Source: an uncultured Candidatus Rokubacteria bacterium
GTDB taxonomy: Bacteria > Methylomirabilota > Methylomirabilia > Rokubacteriales > CSP1-6
Direction of reading: 5' to 3'
Length of the DNA stretch: 64,000 bases
NCBI GenBank assembly: GCA_963743355.1
Contig: CAVUPM010000004.1
Coordinates: 131,845 to 195,844 of the forward strand
The notes beneath the pieces were generated by a model. That model had not been told where the DNA came from. It did no database searches and saw only the letters and a list, made by a program, of their open reading frames with translations. Positions 10,385-17,815 of the stretch are shown piece by piece; the first letter of the stretch is position 1, and each line of letters begins with the position of its first letter. A program made the position numbers and the translations under genes.

Positions 10385-10969
10385 CTACCCTCGCTTGACA
10401 TACGCCTCGAGGCGCTCCTTGATCTCTCGGTACCGCTCCTCCAGGCGCAGCACCGTTGTAACTGGAGTAACCTGCTCAAACTTCATTGTCTCTCGGGCGT
10501 GTCGACGCATCGTCTCTCGCACGGCTTGCGACTCCGCGTGGGGAAGCTGGTACGCCTTCCAGAAGTAGACACCTGCGAGTTCTGCCTGAATGCGTTGCTT
10601 CGTGCAGTCGAGACATGGCTCGTTAGTAACCCAACAGGTCGCGCCCTCGACTCGCACGCCGAAACGCGCTGCCGCCAAGAGAGCATTCTGCTCAGCATGG
10701 ACGCAGATACAGCGGTCCAATGCGGTGCCCGACTCCACATTCGGATCGGCGCATCGCGGGCAACCCCCGTCAATGCAGTTGGCGAATCCGGCGATCGTCC
10801 CGTTGTAGCCGGTGGAGACGATTCGATCGTCACGAACAATGATGGCTCCAACGGCCGTCTTTCGACAGTTGCATCGCGCTGCCTGATCCACGGCGATCGA
10901 TAGAAGGTGCTCCGTCCGTTCCGGCCGAGGATCTTTCCGCGTGTCCATGCCCGCCGCCGCCTCCATCAT
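10385..10969 (-). CDS. dCMP/cytidine deaminase-family zinc enzyme (ComEB-like) with a helical C-terminal extension
   Basis: Has the CVHAEQNAL (HAE) and EPCLDC (PCxxC) zinc motifs and an extra Cys-rich insert, CIDGGCPRC...CIC. The start is taken at ATGATG (10969), which has GGAG 8 nt upstream. The ORF is open to 11065. Its stop is 18 nt upstream of the TcmP-like start. Confidence 0.8.
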   Translation of the reverse strand: MMEAAAGMDTRKDPRPERTEHLLSIAVDQAARCNCRKTAVGAIIVRDDRIVSTGYNGTIAGFANCIDGGCPRCADPNVESGTALDRCICVHAEQNALLAAARFGVRVEGATCWVTNEPCLDCTKQRIQAELAGVYFWKAYQLPHAESQAVRETMRRHARETMKFEQVTPVTTVLRLEERYREIKERLEAYVKRG

Positions 10970-11344
10970 TTGTGTGGCTCCGGCGCCAGCGCCGGCCATC
11001 GACAGCGCCGTCTGCCTCGGCGCGTCCCCATTCCCACCGTTCCATTTCCCGAGACCACAAGTCAACGTCGGGGTGGGTTGGCGTTCAACACCGCCGCTGT
11101 CAGGGAAACCCCGACCCAGCGGCCGGTTTCGGCCCCTTCAATCGTCGAATGCCAACCAGAGACATTGACGAAATGCCTGGTCGCACCCTAGCCTGCTTGC
11201 GTGCCGCTACCCGCCGACTTGGACAACCTCCTCGCCGCCCATGACTCCCACGGCGCGCTTGTCGCCGACGCCACCGCCCTCACGTCGGTCGGTCACCAGT
11301 TACGCGCTCCACGCGGCCACCGATCCCGGCCGCTCGGAGTCGCC

Positions 11345-11713
11345 GTGGCTCGCATCGCGCTTGTGATCCTTCTGCTCACAACCATCGGCTGCGCGACCAC
11401 GCCCAGCACACCGAAGACCGTCACGGACCTCAAGCAGATCGTCGGCTCGTGGGACGGATGGATCGGTTGCCACGGCTGTGCCATGCGGTTCCGAGCCAGT
11501 CTCTCGGTTCGTGATGACGGCTACTGGACGATGAATATCGAGCGCAATGCGAGTTTTCACGGCACGTTCGCGATCGTCAATGGGATGCTCCAGTGGCTGC
11601 GAGAGGGCTGGGTGGTCGGCCCCGTCACTGTCAGCGAAGAGCGCGGCCGCGAATACCTGACCATCTACCGAGCGGACGGCGAAGTGTGGACCGAGTTCGA
11701 CCGTGCAAAGTAA
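11345..11713 (+). CDS. hypothetical lipoprotein
   Basis: ORF is open from 11201. The GTG at 11345 is preceded by GGAG. It has a signal peptide with lipobox LLTTIGC. No family was recognised. Confidence 0.55.
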   Translation: MARIALVILLLTTIGCATTPSTPKTVTDLKQIVGSWDGWIGCHGCAMRFRASLSVRDDGYWTMNIERNASFHGTFAIVNGMLQWLREGWVVGPVTVSEERGREYLTIYRADGEVWTEFDRAK

Positions 11714-11796
11714 CCACAGCCGCACTCCACGCCGCTCTTGGTCCTCGGCTCCAGCCCCGCGCTGCGACGACTGAGACTGAGTCGAGAGGGCACGCG

Positions 11797-12369
11797 ATGA
11801 GGAAATGGCCGCGATTCTTGGTGGTGCTCTTCGTGCTGGTGACTGCCTGCAGGACCATCCCGATGACACCGGAGCAGTCCGCGGGGCTGAAGGAGGCCCA
11901 GCGCTTCGCCGACGAAGTCACCGACACCTACCGTGCTCAGCGCGTCAACATCCTGCCTTATAAGGGCCGCCGCTTCGAGCCAACGATCAACTGGGGTCGC
12001 CATCTCAGCGTCGCGGCGACCGATCTGGACCGAGGTGACGTTCGGGAAAGGATCGTGTTTCCGCTTGCCTGGGCGACGTTGGGCTACATGCCGGACTCAC
12101 CCACGGCCGTAGAGTATCGGCGGCAGTACATGTTCGATTTAAATCGAAGAGCCGTAGAGATCAGCGTGAGGTTTCTTGGGATCACGACGCGTCAAGCCGT
12201 GGAGATCAACGCCGTGCGCATCGTCACACTCAATGAGGATTTCCGGCGGCGAGGGTTCCAGCGACCAGCACTCGAAGTCACGCCCTGTGAGGAGCTTCGG
12301 GACCTCTGGTCGCACTTCGCGATGACGGAGCCGATGCCGGGGTGCGAGAGCGGTTTGACGTCGAAGTGA
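11797..12369 (+). CDS. hypothetical lipoprotein
   Basis: The ATG at 11797 gives MRKWPRFLVVLFVLVTAC (lipobox). The product is 190 aa. No family was recognised, and local GC is lower. Confidence 0.6.
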   Translation: MRKWPRFLVVLFVLVTACRTIPMTPEQSAGLKEAQRFADEVTDTYRAQRVNILPYKGRRFEPTINWGRHLSVAATDLDRGDVRERIVFPLAWATLGYMPDSPTAVEYRRQYMFDLNRRAVEISVRFLGITTRQAVEINAVRIVTLNEDFRRRGFQRPALEVTPCEELRDLWSHFAMTEPMPGCESGLTSK

Positions 12370-12764
12370 TGACAGACCAGCGCCACAAGAACCTCGTCGC
12401 CGCGCTCGGCTTCCTCCAGCTTGCCCCCCACGCGCCCGAGCTACGCCTGCTGCACCGCTGGCTCGACACGTGGACCGGCGTCGGGGTGATCACCCTCGGC
12501 GTGGAGCGGCAGGACCGGCTGTTGCTGAGCCACATCGCCGAGGGCGAATGGCGGGCGACGTTCATGAGCGATCCGATCGCTCAGGCGAGAATCGGCCAGC
12601 AGATGATCGTGCCTGTCGACGCGTCCGCTCTCCGCGCCTTGTCACTGAGCCCGCTTCTTCACGAGTACGGCACTCATGGCGTCGCGACAGTACTCATCAC
12701 CTTCGACACCTTCATCGCGTCGCTGCGCACTTCTCTCGACGCCTACGGTCGTCTCGCAGTCCTC
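12369..12764 (+). pseudogene. truncated conserved-hypothetical ORF (MTDQRHKNLVAALGFLQ...EGEWRATF)
   Basis: The ATG overlaps the stop of the preceding gene (TGATG). The frame has no stop until 13739 and so runs antisense through the next permease gene. Only the first ~100 codons look protein-like. Confidence 0.3.
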
Positions 12765-13703
12765 TCAGCCTCGGCGGCCGCCCGCCATCATGCGCAAGAA
12801 GGCCGGCGACAGCCGCGGATCGAGCGTGTCGCGAATCCCGTCGCCCAGCAGATTGAAGGCCAGCACCGTCACCGTGATCGCCAGCCCCGGGAAGAACGCC
12901 AGCCACCACGGCGGCACCAGCGCGGTGATCGAGTCGGCCAGCATGTTGCCCCAGGTCGGGGTGGGCGGCGGCACCCCGACGCCCAGGAAGCCGAGCGCGG
13001 CCTCGATGACGATCGCCACGCCGAGGTGCGTGGTCGCCAGCACCAGGTAGGGCGCGATGCACTGGGGCAGGACGTGGAGGGTCATGATCCGCAGCGCGGA
13101 GCCGCCGCTGGCCCGGCCGGCCTCCACGTACGGCATCTCGCGTATCGACAGCGCCACCGAGCGGATCACGCGCCCGCCGAAGGGAATGCGCGTGATGGCG
13201 ATGGCGAAGATGACGGCCTGCAGGCCGGTGCCGATGGCCATGGAGATGGCCATGGCCAGGATGAGATCGGGGAACGCCTGCATGATCTCCATGATCCGCT
13301 GGCTGTAGAGGTCGAAGCGCCCGCGCAGATAACCGCACGCGACGCCCCACAGCGAGCCGACCGTCGTGCCCATGATCACCGCGGAGAACGCCACGAACAG
13401 CGAGGTGCGGGCGCCGTAGATCACGCGGCTCAGCGTGTCGCGCCCGACCTGGTCGGTGCCCAGCAGGCTCTGGGCGTCGGGCGGCTTGTTCATGCGCCGG
13501 AAGTCGGCCTTGAGGGGATCGCGGGGCGCCAGCAGTGGGGCGGCCAGCGCGACGAAGATGATGAAGGCGCCCACGAAACCGCCCATCGCGGCCAGCGTGT
13601 TGCGGCGGGAGAACCGGACGAGCTCGCCGACGACGGTCTGGAGCGTGGACTTGGCCTGGACGCTCGCCACCTGCGGCTCGTCGGCAGCGGTGACGGCTGG
13701 CAT
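12765..13703 (-). CDS. ABC transporter permease (DppC/OppC-like)
   Basis: Contains LGTDQVGRDTLSRVIYG and EAGRASGGSALRIMTLHVLP motifs. The ATG at 13703 overlaps the upstream stop (TGATG). The ORF is open to 13733. Confidence 0.9.
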   Translation of the reverse strand: MPAVTAADEPQVASVQAKSTLQTVVGELVRFSRRNTLAAMGGFVGAFIIFVALAAPLLAPRDPLKADFRRMNKPPDAQSLLGTDQVGRDTLSRVIYGARTSLFVAFSAVIMGTTVGSLWGVACGYLRGRFDLYSQRIMEIMQAFPDLILAMAISMAIGTGLQAVIFAIAITRIPFGGRVIRSVALSIREMPYVEAGRASGGSALRIMTLHVLPQCIAPYLVLATTHLGVAIVIEAALGFLGVGVPPPTPTWGNMLADSITALVPPWWLAFFPGLAITVTVLAFNLLGDGIRDTLDPRLSPAFLRMMAGGRRG

Positions 13704-14659
13704 CAGCTGTACCGGATGCGCGGGTCGAGCCACGCATAGCTGAGGTCGACGAGGACGTTGACGGCGACGAAGATGACGGCGTAGAGCAGGACCAGGTTCT
13801 GCACGACGATGATGTCGCGCTCGATCACCGCGGCGACCATCGCCCGCCCCAGCCCCGGCACGCCGAAGGCCTGCTCGACGGCCACCGAGCCGCCCAGCAC
13901 GAAGCCCAGCAGCACGCCGGAGATCGTGATGACGGGCAGCAGCGCGTTGGGCAGGGCATGGCGCATGACGACGAAGCCCTCGCGCAGCCCCTTGGCCCGC
14001 GCCGTCCGTACGAAGTCCTCGCTGATGACCTCCAGCAGGCAGGAGCGGGACATGCGCGCGATGTAGGCGCCCTGGGCCAGCCCCAGGACGACACCGGGGC
14101 CGATGACGATCTGGAGGTTCTGCCAGGGATCCTCCCAGAGGTGGACGATGACGAGCGGCGACTTGTAGCCGAACCAGAACAGCAGGGCCAGGACGATCAG
14201 CATGCCCAGCCAGAAGCCGGGGATGGCGATGAACAGCACTGACAGCGAGCGGGCCACGCCGTCGGGGATGCTGTTCGGCTTGAACGCGCTCAGGATGCCG
14301 ACCGGCAGCCCCACGACCCAGGACACGATCAGCGACAGGATGGCGATCTCGGCACTGATCGGGCCCCGGTGGAGGATCTGAGCGGCCACGGTGTCGCCCC
14401 GGAAGAACGACTTGCCGAGCTGGCCGCTGGCGATGTCGCGCAGCCAGTGGACGTACTGCACGGGCAGCGGGTCGCTGAGGCCCAGGTCGGCCATGATGCG
14501 GGCGCGGTCGGCCGGCCGCATCTGCGCGTGACCCTCCACGCCCAGGATGGCCACCAGGGGATCCCCGGGCAGGATGCGCATGATGACGAAGATGGTGACC
14601 GACACGCCGAGCAGCGTGATGGCGGCGTACAGCGCGCGCCGAGCGAGATACTTCCTCAC
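13703..14659 (-). CDS. ABC transporter permease (DppB/OppB-like)
   Basis: 318-aa ORF with the YLARRALYAAITLLGVSVTIFVIMRILPGDP N-terminus and the VRTARAKGLREGFVVMRHALPNAL loop. Confidence 0.92.
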   Translation of the reverse strand: MRKYLARRALYAAITLLGVSVTIFVIMRILPGDPLVAILGVEGHAQMRPADRARIMADLGLSDPLPVQYVHWLRDIASGQLGKSFFRGDTVAAQILHRGPISAEIAILSLIVSWVVGLPVGILSAFKPNSIPDGVARSLSVLFIAIPGFWLGMLIVLALLFWFGYKSPLVIVHLWEDPWQNLQIVIGPGVVLGLAQGAYIARMSRSCLLEVISEDFVRTARAKGLREGFVVMRHALPNALLPVITISGVLLGFVLGGSVAVEQAFGVPGLGRAMVAAVIERDIIVVQNLVLLYAVIFVAVNVLVDLSYAWLDPRIRYS

Positions 14660-14763
14660 GGGCCTAGGCGTCGACCGTGAGGCCGTCAGCAGGATCGAGG
14701 GGCGCCTCGGCTCCGCCGGGGCGCCCCGAGCGCCGGCCGGGGGAGTCCGAGGGGGGCGTCGCC

Positions 14764-14807
14764 CTCTTCGCTCGAAGAGTGTGGGGGGCCCTGTCGGGGC
14801 CCCCCAC
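14764..14807. repeat. two adjacent GC-rich hairpins in the SBP-permease gap (REP-like)
   Basis: The first is CTCTTC-gctc-GAAGAG (14764-14779). The second is GTGGGGGGCCC-tgtcg-GGGCCCCCCAC (14781-14807), with perfect 11-bp arms. Confidence 0.7.
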
Positions 14808-14812
14808 GTTGG

Positions 14813-16492
14813 TCAAGCCAGCCAGACGTTGTCCCACCGGACCACGTCGTAGATGCCGAAGTAGGGCGTCGGGTTCTGGCCGTGCACCTTGTTGTACCAG
14901 GCGTCGTAGATCTGCTCGTATGACACCGGGATGAGGGGCGGGTCGTCCTCGAGGATGTCCTCGGCCTTGCGCACCATGGCCCGGCGCTTGGTGTCGTCCA
15001 GCTCCTTCTCGATCTGGTTGGCCAGGTCGTGGAAGCCCGGGTTCGTCCAGCGCGAGTAGTTCTGCGGGCCGTCCTTGCCGTACCAGGCGCTGAAGATATC
15101 GGAGGGATCCATCAGGGTCGAGACGATCGCGCTGATGGCCAGGTCGAAGTTGCCGGCAACCGCCTCGTCGAACCAGACCGACGTCTGGACCACTCTGAGG
15201 TTGCACTCGATGTTCAGGTGCTCCTTGAGCATGGCCTGGATGGCCACGGCCCAGAGCTTGAAGGTGGCGATGTCGCGCACGCAGAAGTCGAGATTCTTGA
15301 GGCCCGCGCCGTAGCCCGCCTCCTTCATCAGCCGGCGGGCTTCCTGCACGGCCGGCTTGATGTCCTTCTGGTAGCCGAGCTTCTTCTCCAGCTCGGCCCG
15401 CGGCGTGGACATCTCGTGGAACGGGTAGACGAAGCCACCCACCTGCATGGGCGCCGTGTCCTTCACGACCTCCACCAGGGTGTGGCGATCCATGGCCAGG
15501 TGGATGGCCCGGCGCACGCGCTTGTCGGCCAGGGCCTTGTTCTTCTGGGTGTTGGTCCAGAAGGCCTGGATGACCGACTGGTTGAAGGCCGCCGCCGTCA
15601 CGCCCTTCATCTCCTTGGCCTTGCGCCAGGAGACGGGGTCGAGCAGCCGCGCGTAGTCGAGCTTCCCGGACAGGAAGGCGGCGCCGAGCTCCGGCGAGAA
15701 CGGGAAGTTGTGGTAGATCTCGAGCTTGTCGATCAGCGGCAACCCCTTGTTCCAGTAGTCGGGGTTGCGCTCCATGATCCAGACCTCCCGGTCCTTGCGG
15801 GAGACGTGCTTGAAGGGCCCGGTGCCCGGGGCGGCCATGACCTGGCGCAGGTTGCCCTGGTTGTCGTCCAGCGTCTTCTTGCGCACGATGATGTTCCAGC
15901 CGCTGGAGAAGGCGCCCAGCATGTAGGCCTTGGGGCGCGCCTCGGTCAGCCGGAACTCGATCGTGTGCGGGTTCACCACCACGATGTCGCCCACCGTCGC
16001 GAACAGCGGCGTGCGCGGGATGACCACGCCCTTCGGCGGATTCCTGATGCGGTCGTAGGTGGCCTTGACGTCTTCGGCGGTGAAGTCGGCGCCGTCGTGG
16101 AACTTGACGCCCTTGCGCAGGTGGAACGTGTACTTCTTGCCGTCCGGCGAGATCTCCCAGCGCTGGGCCAGGTCGGGGATGATCGTCTGCCCGTCCTTGG
16201 GGCTGCGCCGCAGCAGAGTGTCGTACATCGGGCTCTGGGGGCCGATGTTGGCCACCGTGCCCGACTGGTGGACGTCGAAGTGGGCCGGGGCATTGTGCAC
16301 GGAGTAGCGCAGCGTGCCGCCGCGCTTGGCGGCGGGATCGGGCCGGACCGTGGCGTCCTGCGCCGAGGCGGAGCCGGGAACGGAGAGCCGAGAGGCAACG
16401 ACCACGCCGGCGCCGGTGACGCCCAGACGCTTGAGGAAGGTTCGACGGTCGACGGTGACAGGGGACTTCGGATCGCTCGCGTGATCGCTCAT
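14813..16492 (-). CDS. ABC transporter substrate-binding protein, family 5, Tat-signal
   Basis: 559-aa ORF with a twin-arginine leader (DRRTFLKRLGVTGAGVVVA) and the KFHDGADFTAEDVKATYDRI core. A strong SD (AAGGAGGAAG) lies upstream. Confidence 0.9.
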   Translation of the reverse strand: MSDHASDPKSPVTVDRRTFLKRLGVTGAGVVVASRLSVPGSASAQDATVRPDPAAKRGGTLRYSVHNAPAHFDVHQSGTVANIGPQSPMYDTLLRRSPKDGQTIIPDLAQRWEISPDGKKYTFHLRKGVKFHDGADFTAEDVKATYDRIRNPPKGVVIPRTPLFATVGDIVVVNPHTIEFRLTEARPKAYMLGAFSSGWNIIVRKKTLDDNQGNLRQVMAAPGTGPFKHVSRKDREVWIMERNPDYWNKGLPLIDKLEIYHNFPFSPELGAAFLSGKLDYARLLDPVSWRKAKEMKGVTAAAFNQSVIQAFWTNTQKNKALADKRVRRAIHLAMDRHTLVEVVKDTAPMQVGGFVYPFHEMSTPRAELEKKLGYQKDIKPAVQEARRLMKEAGYGAGLKNLDFCVRDIATFKLWAVAIQAMLKEHLNIECNLRVVQTSVWFDEAVAGNFDLAISAIVSTLMDPSDIFSAWYGKDGPQNYSRWTNPGFHDLANQIEKELDDTKRRAMVRKAEDILEDDPPLIPVSYEQIYDAWYNKVHGQNPTPYFGIYDVVRWDNVWLA

Positions 16493-16567
16493 TGCTTCCT
16501 CCTTGAAGCGGACCCGGGACGCGAAAGTTCAGGGACGATAGCAGATGTCGGCCCCGACTGCACCAAC

Positions 16568-17155
16568 TCAGCGGACGGCCAGCCGGCCGGCCACGACGAA
16601 GCGGCCGTCGCCCTGGGGCGTCACCACGACCATCTCGGCCGTGTCGGGGTTGATGCCGGTCAGCGCGGCGATGGTGGAGCCGTGGGTCACCAGCACCACG
16701 TTGCCGCCGGGGCGGCGCTCGCTGGCCAGCGCCTGCAGCGCCTTGACCTGCTCGGCGCGATTCTCGGGGCGGCCGAAGAGGTTGCCGAGCGGCGCCCACG
16801 TCTCCGGCGGACCGAAGGCCAGGCGCGCGGTCTCCAGACAGCGGCACCAGGGGCTGGACAGGATCCGATCGACGGGGATGCCGCGCGCCCGGAAGGCCTC
16901 GCCGACGCGCCCCGCGTGACTGCGGCCTGTGTCGGTCAGGTTGCGCTGGGTGGCGCAGTCGGCGAGGCGCATGTTGGGAGGATCGCCCACGCCGGGCGTG
17001 GTGATGGCGTGGCGGACGAAGATGGCCTGCCCGCCGCCCTTGACGAGGCTCCACACCCGCTCGTCGGCGCGCGCCGAGGGCGGCGCCGCCAGCGCGACGA
17101 GGACTACGACAAGAACAGCGCGAGCAAGAACAGCACGACGATGAGGGTCACACAT
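16568..17155 (-). CDS. histidine phosphatase family protein (SixA/PGAM-like), exported
   Basis: Has RHA at IFVRHAITTP, the LSSPWCRCLETA block and VLVTHGSTI. The N-terminal signal-like segment ends in ARA. Confidence 0.8.
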   Translation of the reverse strand: MCDPHRRAVLARAVLVVVLVALAAPPSARADERVWSLVKGGGQAIFVRHAITTPGVGDPPNMRLADCATQRNLTDTGRSHAGRVGEAFRARGIPVDRILSSPWCRCLETARLAFGPPETWAPLGNLFGRPENRAEQVKALQALASERRPGGNVVLVTHGSTIAALTGINPDTAEMVVVTPQGDGRFVVAGRLAVR

Positions 17156-17277
17156 CCGTAGAAGCCCTTCTGGATCCGGCCGCGCAGGTCGCGCTCGGCC
17201 CGGGCCTCGGAGGCCAGGACCAACCGCAGCTTCCGCTCCGCTTCCGCTCGAGGATCGGGGGCACGATCGGCGCTCAC
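17104..17277 (-). CDS. possible small tail-anchored membrane protein (57 aa)
   Basis: GTG start with GAGGAGGG about 10 nt upstream. The body is charged and the C-terminal stretch is hydrophobic (GCVTLIVVLFLLALFLS). It overlaps the phosphatase start by 52 nt in another frame. Confidence 0.35.
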   Translation of the reverse strand: MSADRAPDPRAEAERKLRLVLASEARAERDLRGRIQKGFYGCVTLIVVLFLLALFLS

Positions 17278-17341
17278 GTGGTGGCGCCCTCCTCGGCGCC
17301 TTCCCGAATCATAGCCGGGCTCGCCGGCTGGGCGGCACCGC

Positions 17342-17815
17342 TCACTCGACGCGGGCCTCGAACCGGCAGCGGTCGGCACCCGTGGCGGTGCACTGGGTCT
17401 CGATCACCTGGGCGGGGCGGTCGAGGGTCAGGATCGCGAGCGACTGCAGCACGCCCCGCGTGAGGTGGCAGACCGGCGTCGCCGAGGCGCCGTACGCCTC
17501 GGCGAAGGGCGAGCGGCGCACCGTCACGACCAGGCCGTCACTCGCGAAGCGCTCGAGCGTGAACTGGCCCCAGCCGAGGGCGCTCCCCATGTCGAGGAGC
17601 CGGCGTACCCGCTCCGCGCCCGGGCCCGGCAGCGATGCCGTCGCCCGCGCGCCACCGGCGCGACCGCCGGCCGCGAGACAGTCGGCGGCCTGCCGGCCCA
17701 CGGCCGTCTCGACCGCCTTCTGCAGCGCCGCCAGCGTCTCGGGACGGATCAGCAGATAGCGCGAGCCGTCGATGGTCAGCGCCCCGGCGCCGTCGTCCTC
17801 GAGGGGCACGGTCAT
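17342..17815 (-). CDS. V4R domain protein (4-vinyl-reductase-like small-molecule binding)
   Basis: 157 aa. The C-terminal pattern CHLTRGVLQS...ETQCTATGADRCRFE is typical of V4R. The ATG overlaps the upstream stop (ATGA). Confidence 0.75.
   Translation of the reverse strand: MTVPLEDDGAGALTIDGSRYLLIRPETLAALQKAVETAVGRQAADCLAAGGRAGGARATASLPGPGAERVRRLLDMGSALGWGQFTLERFASDGLVVTVRRSPFAEAYGASATPVCHLTRGVLQSLAILTLDRPAQVIETQCTATGADRCRFEARVE

Noticed and set aside
12342-13739. 465-aa plus-strand ORF as a real full-length protein
   Set aside because: Only the first ~100 codons look protein-like. The remainder is antisense to a well-supported permease gene and is Arg/Gly/His/Asp-rich.
14664-17161. 796-aa minus-strand and 710-aa plus-strand ORFs overlapping the second SBP gene and the histidine phosphatase
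   Set aside because: Out-of-frame or antisense shadows of recognisable genes. The composition is dominated by Arg, Gly, Pro and Ala.
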